Shown here piece by piece: positions 34,201 to 57,900 of a stretch of DNA of 64,000 bases. Source of the DNA: Bugula neritina (Eukaryota; Animalia; Bryozoa). Each line of letters starts with the position of its first letter. Position 1 is the stretch's first letter. The stretch lies in the NCBI GenBank assembly GCA_964035545.1, contig OZ037767.1:17729781-17793780 (forward strand), written 5' to 3'. The notes under the pieces were generated by a model. That model was not told the DNA's origin and ran no database searches. It saw only the letters and a program-made list of their open reading frames with translations. Made by a program: the position numbers and the translations under genes.

Positions 34201-35897
34201 AGGGTAGGTGAGGAGATATGTGTGAATTGTTTCCAGCACGAGCTTCATAACACATGATATTCTGATTGACATTATTTTGTCCACATGAAGCCTACATAAA
34301 CTTACATGAGTTTAGATAACTTACATGAGTTTAGATAACTTACATGAGTTTAGATAACTTACATGAATTTAGATAACTTACATGAGTTTAGATAACTTAC
34401 ATGTCTAATGCAGATGCAGGACACAACGTTGTGAAACAAGCAGACGTAGTCCTGATGGGATTTCCCCTTTGTGCCGAGACTAGCACAACTGTTCGTAAGA
34501 ATGACCTTGAACTCTATGAAAAGGTGACAACTCCCAACGGGCCTGCTATGACATGGAGCATGTTCTGCGTTGGACATTTGGAGTTGAATGAAGCTAGCAG
34601 AGCTGAGCCTCTCTTTGACAGACAATTGGCCCAGTGTACTCAGCCCTTTAAGGTATAGTAAAGTATATAGTAATATACTCGGTACTGTAAGGTATATAGT
34701 AATATACTCAGTACTGTAAGGTATATAGTAATATACTCAGTACTGTAAGGTATATAGTATATAGTAATATACTCAGTACTGTAAGGTATATAGTAAAATA
34801 CTCAGTACTGTAAGGTATATAGTAATATACTCAGTACTGTATAGTATATAGTAATATACTCAGTACTGTAAGGTATATAGTAATATACTCAGTACTGTAA
34901 AGTATATAGTAATATACTCAGTACTGTAAGGTATATAGTAATATACTCAGTACTGTAAGGTATATAGTAAAATACTCAGTACTGTAAGGTATATAGTAAT
35001 ATACTCAGTACTGTATAGTATATAGTAATATACTCAGTACTGTATGGTATATAGTAATATACTCAGTACTGTAAGGTATATAGTAATATACTCAGTACTG
35101 TAAAGTATATAGTAATATACTCAGTACTGTAAGGTATATAGTAATATACTCAGTACTGTAAGGTATATAGTAATATACTCAGTACTGTAAGGTATATAGT
35201 AATATACTCAGTACTGTAAGGTATATAGTAATATACTCAGTACTGTAAGGTATATAGTAATATACTCAGTACTGTAAGGTATATAGTAATATACTCAGTA
35301 CTGTAAAGTATATAGTAATATACTCAGTACTCTACTAGTAATGTTGCTGTATGTTTAGGTGTGGAGTGAGTATCCTAATGGTAAAGGTGCCATCAACTTT
35401 ATCACCGGTATGGGAGGGTTTCTGCAGTCCCTTCTTTTCGGTTACTTGGGAATTAGACTTCAGCCGACCTGTTTAACCATCAAACCTGTTCTGCACTCGC
35501 ATTGGACACGAATAAGACTTACAGGTAAGTTAACGTACTCTGCTAACCTTAGAGATATGCCCAATACTTACAGGTAAGTTATCGTACTCTGCTAGCCTTA
35601 GAGATATGCCCAATACTTACAGGTAAGTTAACGTACTCTGCTAACCTTAGAGATATGCCCAATACTTACAGGTAAGTTAAGAGATTTAGTGTTGTTGTAG
35701 GGGCCAGTTACCGAGGTGCCAGATTTGATGTTGATGTGAGGAGAGAGGCTGGCGCGACTACCGCCCCAAGAACAGACATTGCCACTGTTGTCACTCAGAC
35801 TAGTGGTGACTCATCGCAGTATACTATCACTAAGAGTCAGTGTTCAGACTCCGGTGTCACCACTTTTACTGTTAGAAAGGAGATGAGCACTTGCTAG
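31299..35897 (+). CDS. PGGHG: Glycoside hydrolase family 65 protein, PGGHG/ATHL1-like glucosidase; multi-exon, start codon tentative
   Basis: Spliced motifs LPSNPLLMPSVGNG, YGCQYYLMSSLP, FFGLSPESL, YLGHVFWDQETWMY, GAQFPWE, YELHINADI, GVMPPDEF, NSAYTN, YHPEFDGY, VVKQADVVLMGFP, GPAMTWSMF, NFITGMGGFLQSLLFGYLGIR; stop TAG at 35895-35897. Confidence 0.88.
32425..32940. repeat. PGGHG intronic array, 15-bp unit CTGCTGTATGTAC(G/C)T
   Basis: About 34 copies; produces spurious MYVCC, TYSRR and VCTSA ORFs. Confidence 0.95.
34650..35330. repeat. PGGHG intronic array, ~28-bp unit with donor-like AAG|GTATAT
   Basis: About 24 copies starting at the donor. Confidence 0.9.
35517..35680. repeat. PGGHG last-intron array, 49-bp unit; four copies of ACTTACAG|GTAAGTT
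   Basis: ACAGGTAAGT recurs at 35521, 35570, 35619 and 35668. Confidence 0.9.
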
Positions 35898-36004
35898 CAC
35901 CTGCTGCTTTGTTCATTGCTGACGTTTCATCTGTTTCAGTCACTGTGTTCCCATCACCTATTGAGATTAATAACTATAATTTTCCTGTTAGAATAACAGG
36001 TATT

Positions 36005-36205
36005 GGGGGGCAGCCGTGGTCTAGGGGTTAGAGCATTTGCCTAGTAAGCACGAAGTCACGGGTTCGAACCTCGACAAAGGCCACTAGTTATTTTAGGAAG
36101 AGCATTCAGTCATGATTGCTCCTGTGCCACATCTGAATAAGTCCATAGCCTGATTTAACAAAAACCCCTTCTTACAGGGATAGTGACTGTAAACTTGACT
36201 GATAA
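36005..36205 (+). mobile_element. tRNA-derived SINE (Thr-like head) with 16-bp TSD, in the PGGHG 3' region
   Basis: A box TGGTCTAGGGGTTAG, anticodon-like loop CTAGTAA, B box GGTTCGAACC, unpaired acceptor stem; flanked by TAGAATAACAGGTATT (35989-36004) and TAGAATCACTGGTATT (36206-36221), 14/16 identical. Confidence 0.75.
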
Positions 36206-36840
36206 TAGAATCACTGGTATTATGAGACTGTTGTAAATTGTGAGCAAATGTTCGACTTTTTATATATGAGGTGCAATGCTATACAGTTGTATTATGTAAC
36301 ATTTTGCTGAGCTATTTCAATGTTCATTTTAGTTATATTATGTCAATGAATTTATCACATTTACACGAAATAATACAAAAGTAAGCCGTGACCAGAAAAC
36401 ATGTCAGAATAGGAGATAAACCCTGTGGAGTTGACCAGAACAATAAAAATACAATATTGGTCTATATAGAGTAGAATTGATATACAGAGTGATACTCTGT
36501 ATGTACAGAGTGGTACTCTGGACATGCAGAGTGGTACTCTGGACATGCAGAGTACCACTCTGGACATACAGAGTGGTACTCTGGATATACAGAGGGTAGT
36601 GCAGATATAGCAAAGTACAACTGTAAACATTACATATAAAATCACAATAAATGTTAAAATAACAGGGTCAGATATATGGTAGCAAAAATATTATGTAATA
36701 GAAATATAGAAGGTGTATGTATAAGAATCAACCATTTCCGATTAGCAATTGATCTAATTTCCAAAATAATTTTCAAAGAAAAATATAAGAGTATATGAAA
36801 ATAGAACAGTGAAAAACGAAAGTGAAGCTCAATTTGTCTG

Positions 36841-37140
36841 CGTATTACTAGTACTCTTACAGCGTATTACTAGAACTCTTACAGCGTATTACTAGTACTC
36901 TTACAGCGTATTACTAGTACTCTTACAGCGTATTACTAGAACTCTTACAGCGTATTACTAGTACTCTTACAGCGTATTACTAGTACTCTTACAGCGTATT
37001 ACTAGAACTCTTACAGCGTATTACTAGTATTCTTACAGCGTATTACTAGTACTCTTACAGCGTATTACTAGTACTCTTACAGCGTATTACTAGAACTCTT
37101 ACAGCGTATTACTAGTACTCTTACAGCGTATTACTAGTAC
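36841..37140. repeat. 22-bp array CGTATTACTAGTACTCTTACAG in the probable PKC 3' UTR
   Basis: About 14 copies. Confidence 0.95.
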
Positions 37141-37304
37141 TTATACTGAGTGAGCCAACAGTTGAATATTGCATTATTTCAAACATGAAAACATTAACTT
37201 AACTCATCTATAAAACAGCTGATAAAAGAAAAATAGAGAAAGATAAATTGACAAAAATGGGCAGCTGATAGAAAAAAAGTTTGTCATTTGCTGTTGGTGT
37301 TTTG

Positions 37305-45907
<8,603 letters not shown>

Positions 45908-46104
45908 GGTGTCCCTTGTCTAGCTTTCAGTTTAGCAGTTTAGTAGTATAGCGAGTGCAGTTGGTACGGCGTACTGGTATCTTTAACAGCTGAAAAGCTG
46001 AACTTTTAGAATGAAATCACTCTGATAGGCATATTGGAAAGATGAATCCTTGAATAAATTCAAGATTCGCAGCTATTTTGATATGTCAACATAGTTCCTA
46101 CAAA

Positions 46105-46320
46105 ACCAGAAGAGAGATGAGGAGAGAATTGAGAAAAGATGAGAAGAGAGATGAGGAGAGAATTGAGAAAAGATGGGAAGAGAGATGAGGAGAAGAGAGA
46201 TGGGGAGAAGAGAGAAGAAGAAGAGAAGAGAAGAAGAGAAAAGAAGAAGGGATCAGAAGAGAGATGAGAAGAGAGATGAGGAGAAGAGATGAGAAGAGAG
46301 AGGGGAAGAGAGGGGTGAGC
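46105..46320. repeat. GA-rich polypurine low-complexity tract upstream of PKC
   Basis: About 215 nt almost entirely G/A (GAGAAGAGAGATGAG variants). Confidence 0.85.
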
Positions 46321-48619
46321 AACTGGACACTAGCAGTATTAGTGTATACTAATTTGAATTCAGTTTAAAATTTCAAATACTAGAATTTTATTTAAATGTT
46401 AAATTAAATCTAGAGATAAATTAGAGTCCCATCAAATCACCAATGTCAATTCAATCAATGACCTGAGTCAATATGAAACTGTTATAAAAATATAGTAAAT
46501 GAAATGTAGAGTGTAGCAACTTGGAGGAGCAACTTAAATAAATAAGGAACTTCAAAATTAATAGCCATAGGCAGCTATATTCAATGAATATCACTAAAAT
46601 GTAAAATAAAATAAAACACATCATAACACATATTTTTTATTTATAACTTGCTGTAGCCTAAGTGCTAGAAATCAAATTGTACCATAGCCTACGCAACTAG
46701 GAAGAAACTTCTAAGAAAAAAGCTTATGGAAAGTCAAAGTTTTCAAGTTTAATCAGTGAATCAAAATTATTTTGATTTGATTTACTTTTAGTTTTAGGAA
46801 GCAAACTCGATTCAAGCAATTCAAAGTACTCAATTAAACGGGGTTTAAATCTAGCTCCAAGTAATAATTTCTCAAACTTCATCTTGTACTAGAACTAAAA
46901 GCTAAACATGTAACTAAAAGCATTGAACGGTTGAGGTAAGAGCAGAAATACGTTTACTCCAAGTTTAGTTCAAAAACTAAGACTAACACTTACTAACACT
47001 AACAGTAACAGGCAAAGGCCCAAGCTCTGGCGAAATTTTCAATTTCAATTTGATTTTGAAAAATAAAAATTTATCTAACTATACTTAAAAACTACTTCAT
47101 AATTCCAAATACCTATACTGGAGTTATACCGCACTAAAAATGTAAATCCAAGCTTAGAGTCAGAGAATAAAACTACGCCAAAAATGGCATTACTACTACT
47201 ACTAGTATTAGTATCGGTATGAGTATGTCTATTGGCATTGCTAGTACTAGTAGTACTGTACTAGTACTACTACTACTTCTACTAGTACTGACTACCAGAA
47301 CCTGTGCTGTCAATGTGACACTGACAGTGACTGTGTAGTTGTACGCAGAGTCGTCGGTCTCAATTTGAACTTTACTTTACACTTCAGTTACTCTTAGTCT
47401 TACTCTTAGTATTTTCATTTTAATTAAAATTTACGAATCGGAATAGATTACAAACAGTAAAGAACTAACCAAAAATTTCCAGTTGAGTAGAAAATAAAAC
47501 TTGTGAGCTTAGACTGCAAAGTTAAAGTGGTTGTCTGAAATTTGAAAGTGATCACATTGATAGTACAACTAAGTACTAGTAGACGTAGTTAATAGTTTAA
47601 CCTTAAATGACTTTCAGTGTCATACTCGTACTCTACATACTATTATCGATGTTTACATATCACCGGAAATAAAATCACGCAAGCGTATTAGAGTTCTACT
47701 TATAGCCCAGGGATAAGTCCCCCGATCCAGTTCTGGCTCGATGTGATGGCGTGATAACGCTTGGGCTAAGAGCTTGCGATAATTAGCATACCCAACAGCA
47801 TTAGAACTACAGAGTTGTCCCACCTAAAATAGAATGAATCAATTTATACTTGTTGAAATGTTGAACTCTATTTTCAATTAATAATTATGTACTGTATAAA
47901 ATTATGGTAAGGATTAAAGCAATTTATATTAAAGGCCTCAATTCCAGTACACCTAGTTTGGTAGCAAGTAAATTATGCTTTTCTTTCCCTGATTCAATGT
48001 AGTGATCCAACCCTTTGGTGATCAGTGTAGGCTATATAGTTTATGTACCTAGTGTGGTTAATAAAAGTAGTTTAGCAATTTAGTATAAGGCTTAAGCTAA
48101 TGCATTGCAGACTAAGTGCAGAACACAATACAACGCATATATTTGGGATAGCCATACTAATAAAGACTACAATAAGACTTGATACAGGAGTCCCTATATT
48201 CCAAGTAAATAGCGTGTCTGCTTTCCCCAGTTTCCTACACAATATGAAGAACTTTATTAATCATGTAAATTGTTTAGAGATTCTCAAGACAGTGACGCCT
48301 GGGAAATGAAGGCAAACATAATAAGAGATGAATATATAGAAAGGAAGAGTGAGAAAGACATATAGACTGCAAGAATGGTAATTAGAAGATCATTTATGTT
48401 GAATTACTTTACAAAGTCAGTCTGAAAATGTACTACCACTAGTGCACTTTTTGCTATACCTCTATCGGTTTATCCAGCTGTCCGTACAAATAATATAATG
48501 CACTCAATATGCTATACACTTTGTACTAATAACAACTCGAGCACTGGTCGCTGTCAGATAGCTTCAATGAAAATGGTATGAGGAACAAATTTTTGACAGA
48601 TGTTTAGATAGTGCAGTAG

Positions 48620-48620
48620 T

Positions 48621-48659
<39 letters not shown>
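48620..48659. repeat. (CAG)n microsatellite
   Basis: About 13 units. Confidence 0.9.
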
Positions 48660-48929
48660 TGTAGTCTGTTTATTTGGCATACTCTATCCAGGCACCTAGG
48701 ATATCAGGTACAGCTTATTTAGTATCTGCCTGTGCACTGAGTGCAAGGTACTATTTAACTGTTCACTGAGTGCAACGTACTATTTAACTGTTCACTGAGT
48801 ACAAGGTACTATTTAACTGTTCACTGAGTGCAAGGTACTATTTAACTGTTCACTGAGTGCAAGGTACTATTTAACTGTTCACTGAGTAGACACTATTTAA
48901 CTATTCACTATTAAGTAGACTGCAACAGG

Positions 48930-51900
48930 ATGACGGTAGTGATACTGAAGCACTATACCTATACTCTTGCCGCAATTATAGGTGAGTGAGGGTTACCAGG
49001 TTATCAGTTGAGTAATGAAACGGTTCATATATAACTTCTACGTAAGCCATGGGCAACTATCTAATACAACCTACTTCTATTCTGTCTTGCATACAGGTGG
49101 CTAATACGTGTTATTATAGACTGTAATATATAATATATCACACTGTAATATATAATATATCTCACTGTAATATATCATATACCTCACTGTAATATATCAT
49201 ATATCTCACTGTAATATATCATATATCTCACACTGTAATATATAATATATCCCACTGTAATATATCATATATCTCACTGTAATATATGATATCTCACTGT
49301 AATATATCATATATCTCACTGTAATATATCATATATCTCACTGTAATATATCATATATCACACTGTAATATATGATATATCACACTGTAATATATCATAT
49401 ATCTCACAGTGTAATATATCATATATATCACACTGTAATATATGATATATCACACTGTAATATATGATATCTCACTGTAATATATGATGTATCTCACTGT
49501 AGTATATGATATATCACACTGTAATATATCATATATCTCACAGTGTAATATATCATATATAGCACACTGTAATATATGATATCTCACTGTAATATAAGAT
49601 ATATCTCACTGTAATATATCATATCTCACACTGTAATATATCATATATCTCACTGTAATATATCATATATCACACTGTAATATATCATATATAGCACACT
49701 GTAATATATGATATATCTCACTGTAATATATCATATATCACACTGTAATATATCATATATCTCACAGTGTAATATATCATATATAGCACACTGTAATATA
49801 TCATATATCTCACACTGTAATATATAATATATCCCACTGTAATATATCATATATCTCACTGTAATATATCATATATCACACTGTAATATATGATATATCA
49901 CACTGTAATATATCATATATCTCACAGTGTAATATATCATATATAGCACACTGTAATATATGATGTATCTCACTGTAGTATATGATATATCACACTGTAA
50001 TATATCATATATCTCACACTGTAATATATAATATATCCCACTGTAATATATCATATATCTCACTGTAATATATCATATATCTCACTGTAATATATCATAT
50101 ATCACACTGTAATATATGATATATCACACTGTAATATATCATATATCTCACAGTGTAATATATCATATATATCACACTGTAATATATGATATATCACACT
50201 GTAATATATGATATCTCACTGTAATATATCATATATCTCACTGTAATATATGATATATCACACTGTAATATATCATATATCTCACAGTGTAATTTATCAT
50301 ATATAGCACACTGTAATATATGATATCTCACTGTAATATATGATATATCTCACTGTAATATATCATATCTCACAGTGTAATATATCATATATCTCACTGT
50401 AATATATCATATATCACACTGTAATATATCATATATCTCACACTGTAATATATCATATATCTCACACTGTAATATATCATATATCTCACACTGTAATATA
50501 TCATATATCTCACAGTGTAATATATCATATATATCACACTGTAATATATGATATATCACACTGTAATATATGATATCTCACTGTAATATATGATATATCT
50601 CACTGTAATATATGATATATCACACTGTAATATATCATATATAGCACACTGTAATATATGATATATCACACTGTAATATATGATATATCTCACTGTAATA
50701 TATCATATCTCACACTGTAATATATCATATATCTCACTGTAATATATGATATATCTCACTGTAATATATCATATATCTCACTGTAATATATGATATATCT
50801 CACTGTAATATATCATATATCTCACTGTAATATATGATATATCTCACTGTAATATATCATATATCTCACTGTAATATATCATGCAGCTGTGACAAGTATG
50901 GGACAATCAAGGGATCAGCATGTCACCCCTGAAATGGTCACAAAGTTAGCTGATGAGTTGTTGGACTTCAAGATTCGAGAAAACCCCAATCTGGGGGTGA
51001 AATACGGTGTTGAAAAATATCAGGATAAAGTAATGGAGTGGAATGAGGGGGCGTTCCAGAGAAGAGTTGTGAGTGGATGTTATACATGCAGCTATACATG
51101 TGTACTTGTACACAGTGTACAGTTATACATGTGTGCTTATACACAGTGTACAGTTATACATATATACTTACACACAGTGTACAGTTATACATATGTACTT
51201 ACACACAATGTACAGTTATACATATGTACTTATACACACCGTACAGTTATACATGTGTACTTGTACACAGTGTACAGTTATACATGTATACTTATACACA
51301 GTGTACAGTTATACATATGTACTTATACACAGTGTACAGTTATACATGTATACTTATACACAGTGTACAGTTATACATATGTACTTATACACAGTGTACA
51401 GTTATACATATGTACTTATACACAGTGTACAGTTATACATGTGTACTTATACACAGTGTATAGTTATACATGTGTACTTGTAAATACATATTTTACTTAT
51501 AAAGGAAACCAGATATAAACCAGGCGTAAATATACACGATGCTATTTTAAAAACTTTTCCAGAGAAAAGCCAAACAATTTTTGAAGACAGTCCAAGACTA
51601 TTTATCACATGGGATGAACTCAAGAGAAAGTGAAATTACTCTGAAAGTCATGGAACACGGGCTATCAAAGTTTCTGGAAGGAGCAGCGTTTAGAAAGTTA
51701 GTTTAGCATATAACTGATACTAACACGACTCATTGTCTTATACTAACTGATACTAACACTACTCATTGTCTTATACTAACTGATACTAGTACTATGCTCA
51801 TTGTCTTATACTAACTGATACTAACACTACTCATTGTCTTATACTAACTGATACTAGTACTGCTCATTGTGTTATACTAACTGATACTAACACTACTCAT

Positions 51901-54900
51901 TGTCTTATACTAACTGATACTAACACTAATCATTGTCTTATACTAACTGATACTAATACTACTCATTGTCTTATACTAACTGATACTAACACTACTTTTG
52001 CAGTTACACAAAGACATTGAGATTTGAACTGAGCAGTCTAACAACCGAGGTGACAGTGGATACTCTGGAAAAACTGGACCACTGGTTTGTTAAGGTCAAG
52101 GCCTACCAAGATGTCGTAAGTTACTCTGTTATACTACTCTGTATACTACTCTGTTATACTACTCTGTTATACTACTCTGTTATACTACTCTGTTATACTA
52201 CTCTGTATACTACTCTGTATACTACTCTGTATACTACTCTGTATACTACTCTGTATACTACTCTGTTATACTACTCTGTATACTACTCTGTATATTACTC
52301 TGTTATACTACTCTGTTATACTACTCTGTTATACTACTCTGTTATACTACTCTGTTATACTACTCTGTTATACTACTCTGTTATACTACTCTGTATACTA
52401 CTCTGTTATACTACTCTGTATATTACTCTGTATACTACTCTGTTATACTACTCTGTATACTACTCTGTTATACTACTCTGTTATACTACTCTGTACTACT
52501 CTGTATACTACTCTGTTATACTACTCTGTACTACTCTGTTATACTACTCTGTATACTACTCTGTTATACTACTCTGTTACACTACTCTGTTATACTACTC
52601 TGTATATTACTCTGTATACTACTCTGTTATACTACTCTGTTATACTACTCTGTATACTACTCTGTTATACTACTCTGTTATACTACTCTGTTATACTACT
52701 CTGTATACTACTCTGTATACCACTCTGTTATACTACTCTGTATACTACTCTGTTATACTACTCTGTTATACTACTCTGTATACTACTCTATAATACTACT
52801 CTGTATACTACTCTGTATACTACTCTGTTATACTACTCTGTACTACTCTGTATACTACTCTGTTATACTACTCTGTACTACTCTGTTATACTACTCTGTA
52901 TACTACTCTATAATACTACTCTGTATACTACTCTGTTATACTACTCTGTATACTACTCTGTTATACTACTCTGTTATACTACTCTGTATACTACTCTGTT
53001 ATACTACTCTATAATACTACTCTGTATACTACTCTGTTATACTACTCTGTATACTACTCTGTTATACTACTCTGTTATACTACTCTGTATACTACTCTGT
53101 TATACTACTCTGTTATACTACTCTGTATACTACTCTGTTATACTACTCTGTTATACTACTCTGTTATACTACTCTGTTATACTACTCTGTTATACTACTC
53201 TGTTATACTACTCTGTATATTACTCTGTATGTTACTCTGTTACACTACTCTGTACTACTCTGTTATACTACTCTGTTATACTACTCTGTATATTACTCTG
53301 TATGTTACTCTGTTATACTACTCTGTACTACTCTGTTATACTACTCTGTTATACTACTCTGTTATACTACTCTGTTATACTACTCTGTATACTACTCTGT
53401 TATACTACTCTGTTATACTACTCTGTATACTACTCTGTTATACTACTCTGTGTACTACTCTGTTATATTACTCTGTTATACTACTCTGTTATACTACTCT
53501 GTTATACTACTCTGTTATACTACTCTGTATACTACTCTGTTATACTACTCTGTTATACTACTCTGTGTACTACTCTGTTATACTACTCTGTATACTACTC
53601 TGTTATACTACTCTGTGTACTACTCTGTTATACTACTCTGTATGTTACTCTGTTATACTACTCTGTACTACTCTGTATACTACTCTGTTATACTACTCTG
53701 TACTACTCTGTTATACTACTCTGTATACTACTCTGTATATTACTCTGTATACTACTCTGTTATACTACTCTGTTATACTACTCTGTATACTACTCTGTTA
53801 TACTACTCTGTATACTACTCTGTTATACTACTCTGTATACTACTCTGTATACCACTCTGTTATACTACTCTGTATACTACTCTGTTATACTACTCTGTTA
53901 TACTACTCTGTTATACTACTCTGTATACTACTCTATAATACTACTCTGTATACTACTCTGTATACTACTCTGTTATACTACTCTGTACTACTCTGTATAC
54001 TACTCTGTTATACTACTCTGTACTACTCTGTTATACTACTCTGTTATACTACTCTGTATACTACTCTGTTATACTACTCTGTTATACTACTCTGTATACT
54101 ACTCTGTTATACTACTCTGTTATACTACTCTGTTATACTACTCTGTTATACTACTCTGTTATACTACTCTGTTATACTACTCTGTATATTACTCTGTATG
54201 TTACTCTGTTATACTACTCTGTACTACTCTGTTATACTACTCTGTTATACTACTCTGTATATTACTCTGTATGTTACTCTGTTATACTACTCTGTACTAC
54301 TCTGTTATACTACTCTGTTATACTACTCTGTTATACTACTCTGTTATACTACTCTGTATACTACTCTGTTATACTACTCTGTTATACTACTCTGTATACT
54401 ACTCTGTTATACTACTCTGTTATATTACTCTGTTATACTACTCTGTTATACTACTCTGTGTACTACTCTGTTATACTACTCTGTATACTACTCTGTTATA
54501 CTACTCTGTGTACTACTCTGTTATACTACTCTGTATGTTACTCTGTTATACTACTCTGTACTACTCTGTTATACTACTCTGTTATACTACTCTGTATACT
54601 ACTCTGTTATACTACTCTGTATACTACTCTGTACTACTCTGTTATACTACTCTGTTATACTACTCTGTATACTACTCTGTATACTACTCTGTTATACTAC
54701 TCTGTTATACTACTCTGTATACTACTCTGTATACTACTCTGTTATACTACTCTGTATATTACTCTGTATACTACTCTGTTATACTACTCTGTATACTACT
54801 CTGTATACTACTCTGTATACTACTCTGTTATACTACTCTGTATATTACTCTGTTATACTACTCTGTATACTACTCTGTTATACTACTCTGTTATACTACT

Positions 54901-57900
54901 CTGTACTACTCTGTTATATTACTCTGTTATACTACTCTGTTATACTACTCTGTTATACTACTCTGTATATTACTCTGTATACTACTCTGTTATACTACTC
55001 TGTATACTACTCTGTATACTACTCTGTATACTACTCTGTTATACTACTCTGTTATACTCTGTTATACTACTCTGTATACTACTCTGTTATACTACTCTGT
55101 ATACTACTCTGTTATACTACTCTGTTATACTACTCTGTTATACTACTCTGTATACTACTCTGTTATACTACTCTGTATATTACTCTGTATGTTACTCTGT
55201 TATACTACTCTGTACTACTCTGTTATACTACTCTGTTATACTACTCTGTTATACTACTCTGTTATACTACTCTGTATATTACTCTGTATACTACTCTGTT
55301 ATACTACTCTGTATACTACTCTGTTATACTACTCTGTTATACTACTCTGTATACTACTCTGTATACTACTCTGTTATACTATGTTATACTACTCTGTATA
55401 CTACTCTGTATACTACTCTGTTATACTACTCTGTATATTACTCTGTATACTACTCTGTTATACTACTCTGTATACTACTCTGTATACTACTCTGTATACT
55501 ACTCTGTTATACTACTCTGTTATACTACTTTGTTATACTACTCTGTATACTACTCTGTTATACTACTCTGTATACTACTCTGTATACTACACTGTTATAC
55601 TACTCTGTTATACTACTCTGTACTACTCTGTTATACTACTACTCTGTTATACTACTACTCTGTTATACTACTCTGTATACTACTCTGTTATACTACTCTG
55701 TTATACTACTCTGTTATACTACTCTGTTATACTACTCTGTATACTACTCTGTTATACTACTCTGTATACTACTCTGTACTACTCTGTGTACTACTCTGTA
55801 TGTTACTTATTACTACTCTGTAAGTTACTTATTTAGTTTGATGATCAAATCGAGTTACTGGAAGAAGGAATATTGAGCAAACTTACTCCTGCTGTATCTA
55901 CATGTGTAAGTACTATTAGACTTACTCCAGCTGTATCTACATGTGTAAGTGTTAATTAGACTTACTCCTGCTGTATCTACCAGACATTGGATATGATTAT
56001 GTTTTTATGTGGTGATACAGCAACGAGCACTGGCCAACTATAGAAACATTCTGACTGAATCAGTAGAAGAATTCTTCGCATTTCAACCGTGGAAAGATCT
56101 TAAGATAGATGAGACTAACACGTGAGATATTATAGTAATAGGAAGTAACGAGTGACATGACGAATTAATATTATATCATTATTTATTACGTCTCCAATTA
56201 TATAGTAGAGTCAAAGTTTGTGTCTTTTCATCAACAGAACATATTTTGAAGAAGGGCAAACACAATGTGAGAGTTTGAGGACAAAAATGTTGAATTTCAC
56301 AGAGAAACTGGAAAACGTAAGTTTCTGTACATGTAAATCTGTTATACACACAGTACTGCACATGTATATCTGTCATACACACAGTACTGTACATGTATAT
56401 CTGTTATACACAAAGTACTGTACATGTATATCTGCTATACACACAGTACTGTACATGTATATCTGTTATACACAAAGTACTGTACATGTATATCTGCTAT
56501 ACACACAGTACTGTACATGTATATCTGCTATACACACAGTACTGTACATGTATATCTGCTATACACACAGTACTGCACATGTATATCTGTTATACACAAA
56601 GTACTGTACATGTATATCTGCTATACACACAGTACTGTACATGTATATCTGTTATATACACAGTACTATACACGTATATCTGTTATACACACAGTACTGT
56701 ACATGTATATCTGCTATACACACAGTACTGTACATGTATATCTGTTATATACACAGTACTATACACGTATATCTGTTATACACACAGTACTATACATGTA
56801 TATCTGTTATACACACAGTACTATACATGTATATCTGTTATACACACAGTACTGTACACGTATATCTGTTATACACACAGTACTGTACACGTATATCTGT
56901 TATACACAAAGTACTGTACATGTATATCTGTCATACACACAGTACTATACATGTAAATCTGCTATACACACAGTACTGTACATGTTTATCTGCTATACAC
57001 AGTACTGTACACATATATCTGCTATACACACAGTACTGTACATGTATATCTGCTATACACACAATACTGTACACATATATCTGTTATACACACAATACTG
57101 TACACGTATATCTGCTATACACACAGTACTGTACATGTATATCTGCTATACACACAGTACTGTACATGTATATCTGTTATACACACAATACTGTACTACG
57201 TACCACAGGACTACCTGCCAGCATGTCGTCAAAAGGCGTCAGCATCATCGCTGCCAGGGGGAGACAAATACTACGAGGCAGCACTGAGGTACTATACAGC
57301 AGACTATGTGACTCCACAATATGCCCATCAGTTGGGACTGAATGAGACTCAGAGAATAACAACAGAGATGAAGCAGGTATAAAGTGTGACAGATGAAGCA
57401 GGTATGAGGTGTGACAGATGGAGCAGGTGTGAGGTGTGACAGATAGAGCAGGTGTGAGGTGTGACAGATGAAGCAGGTGTAAGGTGTGACAGATGGAGCA
57501 GGTGTGAGGTGTGACAGATGAAGCAGGTATGAGGTGTGACAGATGGAGCAGGTATAAAGTGTGACAGATGAAGCAGGTGTGAGGTGTGACAGATGGAGCA
57601 GGTGCGAGGTGTGACAGATGGAGCAGGTGTGATCATTGTCACGGCATTATAACACTTTGTACGCATGTTTTTTTTTCAGATTATTTCGGCTGCAGGATTA
57701 AATATTAGTATCGGAGACTATACAGAGCATTTACTAACCCAACCAGGAGAAACGTTTAATGATAGTGTGAGTAATGTAGTACTAACAGTGTGAGTAATAT
57801 AGTACTAACAGTGTGAGTAATGTAGTACTAACAGTGTGAGTAATATAGTACTAACAGTGTGAGTAGTATAGTACCAACAGTGTGAATAATATAGTACTAA

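Noticed and set aside
36005-36085. Functional tRNA-Thr gene
   Set aside because: Acceptor stem does not pair and the T and anticodon stems are imperfect; a downstream body and TSD indicate a SINE.
53229-55876. 864-, 844- and 472-aa Tyr/Leu/Thr/Cys-rich ORFs
   Set aside because: Open in several frames only because the repeat lacks stop codons on this strand; they lie inside a GT-AG intron of the DUF885 gene.
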